This document shows positions 39,931 through 48,884 of a stretch of DNA of 64,000 nt, in pieces; the stretch's first letter is position 1; every line of letters starts with the position of its first letter. Where the stretch lies: NCBI GenBank assembly GCA_040830765.1, contig JBFOMH010000021.1:1-64000 (forward strand), given 5' to 3'. This stretch comes from Puniceicoccaceae bacterium (GTDB lineage Bacteria; Verrucomicrobiota; Verrucomicrobiia; Opitutales; Oceanipulchritudinaceae). A program made the translations under genes and the position numbers. The notes under the pieces were generated by a model that saw only the letters and a program-made list of their open reading frames with translations, was not told the origin of the DNA and searched no databases.

Positions 39931-41646
39931 CTAGAGAACGTCGCTGTTTGCCACCGGCAGAATGCCATTGGCCGGACCGTCGGCAAAGAGGTGGTCTGCC
40001 ACAGCTTGCATGCATTCCTTGGTGTACCCCACTGAAAGAAGGACATTTTCCGCTTCCGGGGGAATGGACAGCCCGTAAGGCGTGTTGGTGACCACGATAA
40101 CGGTTTTCCCTTCCTGCCGGAGTAGTTCCTCAAGTTGTTTGCGGTTTGAACCAACTCCACGTCCGTAGTTGGAAACGAATACAATCGTATCGTACTTCTG
40201 TGTCAGGGTCTGCAACCGCTTCTCATCCTCCTCGTCTGCCCGGAGGGCAACCTCCAGGTAGACGCAATTGGGATTATGGGCGAGGCAGGCATGAAAGAGC
40301 ATACCCGGGTAGGAATAGGCATTGTTGCTGAGGGTGTACAGCGGCTCAATGACCAGGATGGGCTGGTCCTGCGGCAGGGGGAGGGCTTCCTTGCTCATTT
40401 TCAAGGAGGCGAGGGAATTTACCGCAACTTCCTTGGCCAGTTCGACAACTTCCGCTTCGTTGCCCACTGCCTCCGGATCTCCTGAGTCAGGGGTATCCTC
40501 AAAGAGGCCGTATTGCGCTTTCAAATTAAGGATGCGCTCAACCTTGGTATCCAGTTCGGCCTCCGGAATTTTCCCGGAAACAACCCAATCCATGATCTCC
40601 TGGTAGCACTCCCCGACGAAATGGTTCTGGGCCTTCATGAGGACAAGGTCCGCCCCGGCGGCCAACGACATCGCGCAGGCCGTGGGGACACCATGCCTGA
40701 GGGCAAGGCCACCCATGGTCATACTGTCGGTCGTGATGACACCTTCAAAGCCCAGTTTTTCCCGTAGTAATCCGGTCACTACAGGTTTGGAAACGGTCGC
40801 GATATGGTCCGGATCGATTGCCGGGAATATGCTGTGGGCCAGCATGATCGACGGAAGCAGGCCCTGCTGGATCAATTCCCGATAGGGGAGCAGGTCCCGC
40901 TCCCAGAGGGTTTCCAGATCGGCATGAATTTCGGGGATCTTGAAGTGGGCATCCACCGCTGAGTCGCCTCTTCCGGGGAAATGCTTGCCGGTGGCGATGA
41001 CGTCTCCTTCCCGGTAACCCCGGCACAGTTCCGCCGCCCATTCGGCAACCACTGCGGGATCGTCGGAAAAGGCACGATTGTAGACCTCCGGATTGGCGGG
41101 ATTGACCGAGACATCGAGCACCGGGCTGTGAATGTAGTTGAACCCGATGGCCCGTAATTGCCGCGCCGTGGCCAGGGCCACGCGATAAGCCATTTCCTTC
41201 TCACCAGTGGCACGTAGTCCCATCGGCTTGGGGAAAATCTTCACGTTCTTGAATACACAATTGGCCTCTGTCCCGTCACCCTCCTGATCACAACTGAAAT
41301 GGAGCGGTAATCCGGACTTTCTCGCACGAGCCACCCTCTGGAGCTCATCCAGGGTTGCCTTGTACTCAGCGGCCGTCACTTCGGGCGGTGCAATGCCCTT
41401 CTTGAAGAAGTATTGGTCGTTGCGGATGTTCACCACCACTTCGTTGGTCTCGGGATCGATGTAATCCCCGAATTCCCGGATATTCGGTGTCAGACGCAGA
41501 CCACCACATTGATACCGGGTTACGTATTCGAGTATATTCGGGGTCACCTGGGTGCCGTTGAAAGCCAGCGTCAGGACGGCACCGACCTTCTCCTCGAGGC
41601 TGAGGTTTTTGATGATCTGCGGGATATCGGGATGACTCATGGGCAT
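39931..41646 (-). CDS. GH3 NagZ-like glycosidase, no signal peptide
   Basis: DQEG, PVLDV, RAFSDDP, KHFPGRGDSAVDAH, ITTDSMTM (nucleophile). Confidence 0.9.
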   Translation of the reverse strand: MPMSHPDIPQIIKNLSLEEKVGAVLTLAFNGTQVTPNILEYVTRYQCGGLRLTPNIREFGDYIDPETNEVVVNIRNDQYFFKKGIAPPEVTAAEYKATLDELQRVARARKSGLPLHFSCDQEGDGTEANCVFKNVKIFPKPMGLRATGEKEMAYRVALATARQLRAIGFNYIHSPVLDVSVNPANPEVYNRAFSDDPAVVAEWAAELCRGYREGDVIATGKHFPGRGDSAVDAHFKIPEIHADLETLWERDLLPYRELIQQGLLPSIMLAHSIFPAIDPDHIATVSKPVVTGLLREKLGFEGVITTDSMTMGGLALRHGVPTACAMSLAAGADLVLMKAQNHFVGECYQEIMDWVVSGKIPEAELDTKVERILNLKAQYGLFEDTPDSGDPEAVGNEAEVVELAKEVAVNSLASLKMSKEALPLPQDQPILVIEPLYTLSNNAYSYPGMLFHACLAHNPNCVYLEVALRADEEDEKRLQTLTQKYDTIVFVSNYGRGVGSNRKQLEELLRQEGKTVIVVTNTPYGLSIPPEAENVLLSVGYTKECMQAVADHLFADGPANGILPVANSDVL

Positions 41647-41941
41647 TGATTAATATTTATTAATTCAAGGCGGTTGCCGGACGGCAATCAATCCAAAAGG
41701 TACCCGGAGAATTTGTTTGTAAGCAAATGGATGAGTGATTTTGCCGGTAAGAGGAGCCCGGTAAAAGAGGCGGGTGGAGAGACTCCCTCTTTCCTACAGG
41801 AATGATTGATAATCTCTCGTATCGGAGGAGCAAAATTTGGCTAAATTGGGAACCCTGACGTATCCTGCCTGTCCTTTTAATTGCTATCCCTGCTGAGGAC
41901 CGAATCGGAAAGGTACTACCCATATCAACCTGAAACCCACC

Positions 41942-43846
41942 ATGAGAAAAACCATACCAATGTCCCTGTTCAAATCAGCCAGACAACGGGCAGCCCTGCT
42001 GAGCCTTGGCCTGGCCATTACACTGCCGGCGGTGACCGCCTCAGCGGAGGTCGATGTGCTGAAAATAACGGAAGTGGATCCGACTGGCCTGACATTTGCT
42101 GACGGTTCACAGACGAAGTTCAGCAACAACATCAATGGCCGGACATTCGGCAAGCAGAACGCGGTAACCAGTTTTAACGGCTACCAGTATACCACCTACT
42201 ACGACAAGGATCGTTATGTTGTCCTTGGCCGGCGTGAACTTCCCGACGGGGAATGGGAACTGATCCGCTTTCAGGATTACAACATCACCAGCAGTGACGC
42301 CCATAACATCACATCGGTCGGCATTTGCGAAGGGGATGGAACCATTCACCTCTCATTTGACCACCACAAACACGACCTGAATTACCGGGTATCGGAGCAG
42401 GGAGTGGCCACGAATCCAAAGGCTGTCAACTGGACCAAGGACCTTTTTGGACCTGTCACCGACCAACTGGGATCTGTTGGCAAGCTGACAAACGTAACTT
42501 ACCCACGCTTTTTCAACGCTCCCAATGGTAACCTGATGCTCTACTATCGCGATGGTGGATCAGGGAATGGCCGGGGTGCCCTTCAGGAATATGATGCCAC
42601 GACCCACGATTGGACAACCGGTCTGGGCACCTTCATTTCCAGCGTTGGTTTATACAGCGGAACCTACACCTCCAGCAGTTCATCGCGGAATCCCTACCTC
42701 AATGGGATTTTCTACGCCGGGGACCGCCTTCATGTCTCCTGGGGCTGGCGGGAAACGACCTCTTCCCGCAGTAACCACGATGTTTGTTATGCCTACAGCG
42801 ATGATCACGGCCGCACCTGGTACAATACCGATGGCATTAAAATCGGCACCATCCGGACGAGACCCATGATCGTTACCGATCCCGGGCTGGTTGTCGGGGA
42901 AATCCCGCAGGACGAGGGTCTGACCAATCAGTACACTTCCTATTATTATCCGGATGGACGGGCCAGCGTCATGGTCTACCACAGCAACCGGTACGAGCAC
43001 TACTTCCGGACAGTCGATGGTACCTGGGACCTTGATATCCTGTCATTCGTCGGAAGCCGGCCGGACATTGCCGGTGACAAGGACGGTAATTTGTTTCTCG
43101 TTTACTCCTCCGGTGGGCGCCTGAAGATTGCCAAGGGAACGCCCAACAGCGAAGGGACAGCCTGGACCTGGAAGGTGATTTACACCCGTGGCGATGCCAC
43201 GGAAATGGGTGAAGGCATTTATGACCGTAGCCGTTGGGAAACGGATCGGATTCTCTCCGTCTTCGGCCAGGAGCAGCCGCCACAGACTCTTGACTATGGC
43301 AGTGGTCCGATGATCGACGGTATTCCGGCACCGGTGCACATTATTGACTTCCACGTTTCCTCCAGTGCGGTCCTGCCGGTACCGCGGAGTGGAGCTGGAC
43401 TCGTGCAGACATCCAGTAACCTGACCTGGACACCCGGACAAGGCGCAACAGCGCATCAGCTCTACATCGGTTCAACCGAGATATCCGTGAAGAGAGCGGA
43501 CACCAGTTCCCCGGAATACATGGGTGAAGTGCAAACGGCGGAATACACGCCGGCCAGCCTTGAAGCGGACCAGACCTATTTCTGGCGTGTCGACCAGGTC
43601 CAATCGGACGGTTCGGTCGTCAAGGGTGCGGTCTGGAGCTTTACCACCGCAAGTGACGTTGTCGTGACGGAGTGGGCCGGGTACCCGGTTTCCGAAGCGG
43701 GTGATGTCAATACGGACCCCTGGATGGGCTTTCTGAATGTGACCCTGGAGCCCTACGTCTGGAGCTACAGCTTGAATCAGTGGACCTATATCGAGGAATC
43801 CATCGTCACAGAGGATGGCAGCTGGACGTATTTCCTGAACCTATAG
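41942..43846 (+). CDS. BNR-4 beta-propeller (lyase-like) protein with Fn3-like and C-terminal Trp-rich domains
   Basis: Signal peptide; YQYTTYY, DAHN..SVGI..GDGTIHLSFDHH, TYPRF, YRDGGSGNG, YAYSDDHGRTW; YFWRVD...GAVWSFTT. Confidence 0.8.
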   Translation: MRKTIPMSLFKSARQRAALLSLGLAITLPAVTASAEVDVLKITEVDPTGLTFADGSQTKFSNNINGRTFGKQNAVTSFNGYQYTTYYDKDRYVVLGRRELPDGEWELIRFQDYNITSSDAHNITSVGICEGDGTIHLSFDHHKHDLNYRVSEQGVATNPKAVNWTKDLFGPVTDQLGSVGKLTNVTYPRFFNAPNGNLMLYYRDGGSGNGRGALQEYDATTHDWTTGLGTFISSVGLYSGTYTSSSSSRNPYLNGIFYAGDRLHVSWGWRETTSSRSNHDVCYAYSDDHGRTWYNTDGIKIGTIRTRPMIVTDPGLVVGEIPQDEGLTNQYTSYYYPDGRASVMVYHSNRYEHYFRTVDGTWDLDILSFVGSRPDIAGDKDGNLFLVYSSGGRLKIAKGTPNSEGTAWTWKVIYTRGDATEMGEGIYDRSRWETDRILSVFGQEQPPQTLDYGSGPMIDGIPAPVHIIDFHVSSSAVLPVPRSGAGLVQTSSNLTWTPGQGATAHQLYIGSTEISVKRADTSSPEYMGEVQTAEYTPASLEADQTYFWRVDQVQSDGSVVKGAVWSFTTASDVVVTEWAGYPVSEAGDVNTDPWMGFLNVTLEPYVWSYSLNQWTYIEESIVTEDGSWTYFLNL

Positions 43847-43903
43847 GTCCCACCCAGCGGGGAATCTCTCCACATTCTTCAGGAGGATCCTGAAGGAACG
43901 GAA

Positions 43904-45178
43904 TTACTGGCCCTGGGACAGCTGTCTTGGGCTGTACTTTTCCATGAAACGCAGGTAGAAATCCACAGGATCCTGTGGGGCGTCCGCCATGTTGAGATAA
44001 TTCATCTCATACTGTTGCAGAAGGTGGGTAATGGCCTGCTTCAATCGTGCCTGGGCCAGCTTTTCCTCCTCGGAACCGGATGCTGCCCGGTAAGCGGCCG
44101 CGGCCATTTCAAATTCCAGCCAGGCTTCCCGTAACTCGGGGGAAAGGGTTTCCTCGGTGGTGATGGCCTCCGAATCACTCAAGTCAATTGCCGCCAGAGA
44201 CTGGGACATGGATTCAATGGCATTTAAGTTGGCTTCAAGCCGTTGCAGTTTCTCGACCTGACGGGAGAGGTTGTTCCTCAGGTTGGTATTGGCGGTGACT
44301 ACCTGATTGATGGTGGAGACCTGTGTCTTGAGTTTTTCCGGAATCTCAAAGTCCCCGATAATTTCCCCGGCTGTCCTTGGTACCGGCACTCTCAGGGATT
44401 CATTGGCCACGACACGATACGGGGTTCGCCTGCCACCCGGGCTGTAATACCGGTACTCGATGTCATTGAATCGGGTCAGCAGGTAACTGAGGTCGCTTTC
44501 CGGCAATTCGTAGGCGTTCTCGAGATTTTTGGCTATATCCGAAAGGGTCTCCGTTGCTCCCACAAGATATGTCTGAAATTCAAAATTCTCCTCATCGAGC
44601 CGGTTGATGGACAAGGCGTCGATGGTGGAGACGTCATCAAAGAGCTGATCCCAGCCCGTTCGCGCTTCTTCGAGACTGGAGGTGATGGCTTCCGATTCGC
44701 TCCGCATCTCGTCAATCAGGTTCAGGGTGTCGGAGAGCTCGGTGGCTGAGTTGCGGGCCTCCGCTTCATAACTGTCAAGGGCTTCCTGGACGATAAGGGA
44801 GGCCGCTTCCAGCTTTTCACTTTGTGCACTGGATTGATCCTGCATGGAACCGACAAAGGAGGCTATGTGGGATTCCATCAGGGTCGCCAGTTGGCCGAAT
44901 TGGCCGGAAATTTCTTCCTCGAAGGATGCCTGGACCACTTCCGGTTCCGCATCGGGTTGGGTCGCTGTACCATCCGGGACCATCGCTGAATCATCATCTG
45001 CAGCTGCTGTCGCCGCTGTTCCGGGACTGGCTGCCGCATCGGTTGCCGTCGTTTCGGTGGCCGTCTCCTGACCTCCGGGGAAAAGGATCGGATCCGTTGT
45101 CTCGCGATAAATAAAGTAGCCTCCGAGGGCCACCAGGAGGAGTACGATTAGGAGCAGGATGGCGTCGTAGCGTGTCAT
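43904..45178 (-). CDS. Hypothetical membrane-anchored acidic coiled-coil protein
   Basis: N-terminal TM helix, Ala/Thr/Asp-rich linker, long heptad-rich helical region; no family recognised. Confidence 0.7.
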   Translation of the reverse strand: MTRYDAILLLIVLLLVALGGYFIYRETTDPILFPGGQETATETTATDAAASPGTAATAAADDDSAMVPDGTATQPDAEPEVVQASFEEEISGQFGQLATLMESHIASFVGSMQDQSSAQSEKLEAASLIVQEALDSYEAEARNSATELSDTLNLIDEMRSESEAITSSLEEARTGWDQLFDDVSTIDALSINRLDEENFEFQTYLVGATETLSDIAKNLENAYELPESDLSYLLTRFNDIEYRYYSPGGRRTPYRVVANESLRVPVPRTAGEIIGDFEIPEKLKTQVSTINQVVTANTNLRNNLSRQVEKLQRLEANLNAIESMSQSLAAIDLSDSEAITTEETLSPELREAWLEFEMAAAAYRAASGSEEEKLAQARLKQAITHLLQQYEMNYLNMADAPQDPVDFYLRFMEKYSPRQLSQGQ

Positions 45179-45475
45179 AAATGTTTGGTGTTCAGGATTA
45201 GAGCGGTGTCAGCTATGGGGACCAATTTTCCAGACTATCGACTGCCAAGTCAAGGGTGGCCATGATGCCGGTTTTACCTGCAAATTGCCTCTCGGGAAGG
45301 CTTACGGGCATATAAAAGCCCCGGTCTGTACGACCGAGGCTTAAATTGGGCCTGCCCAGCGACTTGTCATGCAAAACACAGTGAAGCATGAAGCCGGGAG
45401 GCGAAGATGGGTGCCCACGCTTCACTTCGTTTCGCGGGGCACTCCAATTTCTATCGAAGCGGAGCTTCGAGAAAT

Positions 45476-45559
<84 letters not shown>

Positions 45560-45676
45560 GATGGGGATTGCCGATCGGCAAAGATGAGAAAGATGGACGG
45601 GATTTTGGCTGATTCAAGTATTTTCTTTAGAAATTTGAAGACTTGGAAATACGGAGTTGGATGGTTTACTGCTGCT

Positions 45677-46645
45677 ATGAAGACAATTCGCTGGGGAATC
45701 ATCGGGTGCGGGGACGTCTGTGAGGTGAAGAGTGGTCCCGGGCTGCAGAAGGCAAGTGGTTCGGAATTGGTTGCGGTGATGCGGCGGGACCCGGTGAAGG
45801 CGGCGGATTACGCGAAGCGCCACGGGGTGCCGCGCTGGTATAATGATGGAGCGGCCTTAATTGGAGATTCCGAGGTTGATGCGGTCTACATCGCGACGCC
45901 CCCGGGGAACCATTTGGAATACACCCGGATGGCGGCTCTTGCAGGGAAGCCGGTCTATGTTGAAAAACCGATGGCGGGGACCCATAACGAATGTCTTGAA
46001 ATGCTGGAAGTTTGCGAGGCTGCCGGGGTGCCCTTGTTTGTTGCCTATTACCGGCGTTGCCTGCCGCGGTTTCTGGCGGTTTGCGAGGCCGTACAAGCCG
46101 GGAGGATCGGTAAGCCTATGACGGTGCACATCGCGTTCCGGCGTCCGCCGTCCCCAAAGGAGTTGGGACCGGACAAGCTTTGGCGGGTCATTCCCGAGCA
46201 ATCAGGCGGCGGTCACTTGTGGGACATGGGAAGTCATGCGCTTGACTATCTGGATTACCTTTTAGGACCCATTGAGGAGGCAAGCGGCTTTGCGACCAAC
46301 TCGGCGGGTCTTTACGAGCCTGAGGATACCGTTTGCGGGAGTTTCCGGTTTGCCAACGGCGTCCTGGGGTCAGGTGCCTGGAGTTTTGCCTGCGGGGTGG
46401 AGGAGGACAGCATGGATATAATCGGCTCGGAAGGCAAAGTCAGCCTGTCCGTATTCGGGACCGAGCCACCCAGGCTGGTGACGAACGACGGATGCGAGAA
46501 TCTCGTCGGGGGGACGCCTGTTCATGTCCAGCAACCGCTGATCCAGACTATTGTCGATGAGCTCAACGGCTCCGGGAAATGTCCCAGTACAGGCGAGAGT
46601 GCCGCCCGGACCAACAAGGTCCTCGAGCAGTTAGCCGGATGCTGA
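45677..46645 (+). CDS. Gfo/Idh/MocA oxidoreductase
   Basis: IRWGIIGCG, VDAVYIATPP, VYVEKPM, DMGSH. Confidence 0.92.
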   Translation: MKTIRWGIIGCGDVCEVKSGPGLQKASGSELVAVMRRDPVKAADYAKRHGVPRWYNDGAALIGDSEVDAVYIATPPGNHLEYTRMAALAGKPVYVEKPMAGTHNECLEMLEVCEAAGVPLFVAYYRRCLPRFLAVCEAVQAGRIGKPMTVHIAFRRPPSPKELGPDKLWRVIPEQSGGGHLWDMGSHALDYLDYLLGPIEEASGFATNSAGLYEPEDTVCGSFRFANGVLGSGAWSFACGVEEDSMDIIGSEGKVSLSVFGTEPPRLVTNDGCENLVGGTPVHVQQPLIQTIVDELNGSGKCPSTGESAARTNKVLEQLAGC

Positions 46646-46818
46646 GCCAGCCCCAAAGGCTATGCGGTCGCAGGATCTGGTTTTGGAAAAGGAGGTCTTT
46701 ATCCAGCCAGTATGGAATAGAGTGCTGGTTCCCTAACGTTCTGTTCCAGGGAGGATTTGTCAGCCCTGAGGGTATTTCCGCTTGATTCAGCCTGTCGGGG
46801 AGGCAATCATGGGACACT

Positions 46819-47583
46819 ATGAAGAAGTTGCTCAAGACCTGCCTCTTATTGCTTTCGACGGCCCCGTTTATCACCCCACTGGTTCTTGCGGATAGTGAAT
46901 GGGAATGGTCGCTGGAGCCCTATTTTGCCACCTCCACCATTGATGGGGATGTTGGTATCGGCAGGAGGCTCGATACCAACATAACTGTTGATACCAAGCA
47001 AATCCTGGAGAATCTCGACATCGGAGGCATGATTCACGGAGAGGGGCACCACAGCAGTGGTTGGGGTGGTACGTTTGATTTCGCCTTTATGAAGTTGGGC
47101 GATGACATTTCCGGACCATTTGACGGTTTGAACGAAGTGCGTTTCAAGCAATCGATACTCGAAGCGACCCTGATGAGGCGGATTGCCGGTGAAAGCGGGA
47201 CTTGGGACATTTATGTTGGGATGCGGCGTTGGGATAATGAATTGAAGGTTGTCCTCGATATAAACACTTCCGAAGGAAGGCCCGAATTCAAGGGAGGGGA
47301 TAACTGGATTGATCCGATATTCGGGGTCCGGTACTTCACGCCATTGAGTGAAAAGTGGACCTTTGTCCTGCGGGGTGACATCGGTGGGTTGGGGATTGGC
47401 TCCGACTTTACCCTGAAAACGGCCACCGCCTTTCAATACCGTTTCAACAAGACCTTCTCCCTGGATCTTCAATATTACGGAGTATGGGTGGACTTCGAAA
47501 ATGGCAAAGCGGACACTGGGGATTATTTCAAGTATGACACGGTCACGCATGGCTTGATCGTCGGACTCATCATTGATTTCTAG
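46819..47583 (+). CDS. Outer-membrane beta-barrel protein
   Basis: Signal peptide, alternating strands, WIDPIFGVR, RGDIGGLGIGSD, terminal Phe. Confidence 0.8.
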   Translation: MKKLLKTCLLLLSTAPFITPLVLADSEWEWSLEPYFATSTIDGDVGIGRRLDTNITVDTKQILENLDIGGMIHGEGHHSSGWGGTFDFAFMKLGDDISGPFDGLNEVRFKQSILEATLMRRIAGESGTWDIYVGMRRWDNELKVVLDINTSEGRPEFKGGDNWIDPIFGVRYFTPLSEKWTFVLRGDIGGLGIGSDFTLKTATAFQYRFNKTFSLDLQYYGVWVDFENGKADTGDYFKYDTVTHGLIVGLIIDF

Positions 47584-47600
47584 ATTGCCAAAACTAGCAG

Positions 47601-48818
47601 ATGAGCGAATTTGCGGTCACTCCGGTTGATACACTGATCGTCAGCATTGTCGTCCTCTACATGGGTAACGTGCTGACCCGGAAGATCGGCCTTCTGAAAA
47701 AGTACAGCATCCCCCAGGCGGTGACAGGTGGCCTGCTGGTCAGCCTACTGGTTCTGGCTATCGGTTCCATGGGTGGGCCCAAGATCACCTTTGACATGAC
47801 ATTGCGGGACGCCTTCTTGCTGGCATTTTTCAGCACAATCGGCCTCTCAGCGAAGCTGGGAAGACTCAAGGAAGGTGGAAAGCCCCTGGTCATCCTGCTA
47901 ATTTGCGCTGGGGTCTTCCTCTTCATCCAGGATGCTATTGGGGTTGGCCTGGCCTTGATAATGGGAGGCCATCCGGGCTATGGCCTGTTTGCCGGAAGCG
48001 TTTCCTTTGCCGGGGGACACGGCACGGCTATCGCCTGGGGTCAGGAAGCGGAAGCGGCGGGCCTTGAGGGGGCAGCCCTAATCGGCATTGCCTTTGCCAC
48101 TTTTGGCCTGATCGCCGGTGGAATCATCGGCGGTCCCCTGGGGGAAAGATTGATCCGGAAGCACCAGTTGGCTCCCTGTGAGGGGAAAGGGGACCTCCCC
48201 ATGATGGCCAGGAAGGATGAAGCCCTTCAACCGATGGAACCGGTGACCATGCAGCGGGCCCTGACAACCATTTTCATTCTGGCTATTTGCGTTTCCTTGG
48301 GGGACATGGTGAACCGGTTGTTTTTTTCCGCCGGCGTCAAGCTGCCAGGCTTTCTCACCGCCATGATGGTCGGGATCCTCATTACCAATATGGCCGATGT
48401 CCTTAAAAAGGAGATCCGCCAGAGAGACTTTGACCGGGTAGGTGACGGTGCCCTCCAGCTTTTCCTCGCGATGAGTCTCATGAGCCTCGATTTGGCAGCA
48501 CTGGCCAGCGGAATGCGGACCATCCTTATTGTCCTCTTCGTCCAGGTGCTGGTGATTACTCTTTTTGCCGCCTTCATTGTTTTCCGTGTAATGGGGAAGA
48601 CCTACGATGCAGCCGTAATTTGCGCTGGCTTCACAGGTCTTGGCCTGGGCGCAACGCCCGTGGCCATCGCCAACATGAATGCCATCACCAGCAAGCACGG
48701 GCCCTCCTTCAAGGCATTTCTAGTGGTTCCGCTGGTGGGGGCATTCTTCATCGACCTGATCAATGCCCTCGTGATCAAGTTCTTCCTGGGGCTGCCCATC
48801 ATGCAGGGCGGATTCTGA
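47601..48818 (+). CDS. gltS: Sodium/glutamate symporter
   Basis: IPQAVTGG, FFSTIGL, GGHGT, GLGATPVAIANM, VVPLVGAFFID. Confidence 0.93.
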   Translation: MSEFAVTPVDTLIVSIVVLYMGNVLTRKIGLLKKYSIPQAVTGGLLVSLLVLAIGSMGGPKITFDMTLRDAFLLAFFSTIGLSAKLGRLKEGGKPLVILLICAGVFLFIQDAIGVGLALIMGGHPGYGLFAGSVSFAGGHGTAIAWGQEAEAAGLEGAALIGIAFATFGLIAGGIIGGPLGERLIRKHQLAPCEGKGDLPMMARKDEALQPMEPVTMQRALTTIFILAICVSLGDMVNRLFFSAGVKLPGFLTAMMVGILITNMADVLKKEIRQRDFDRVGDGALQLFLAMSLMSLDLAALASGMRTILIVLFVQVLVITLFAAFIVFRVMGKTYDAAVICAGFTGLGLGATPVAIANMNAITSKHGPSFKAFLVVPLVGAFFIDLINALVIKFFLGLPIMQGGF

Positions 48819-48884
48819 CTCCGGGCCTTATTGCTGACCAGCTTGAGATTGACGCAGGAACGCCACTGATTAAGGATCAAGCAG

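Noticed and set aside
34285..40184. N-terminal extensions of the GH43 (to 34497) and HAD (to 40184) ORFs overlapping upstream genes
   Set aside because: Internal ATGs (34284, 39917) sit just after the upstream stops and right before the domain starts; the extensions look non-coding.
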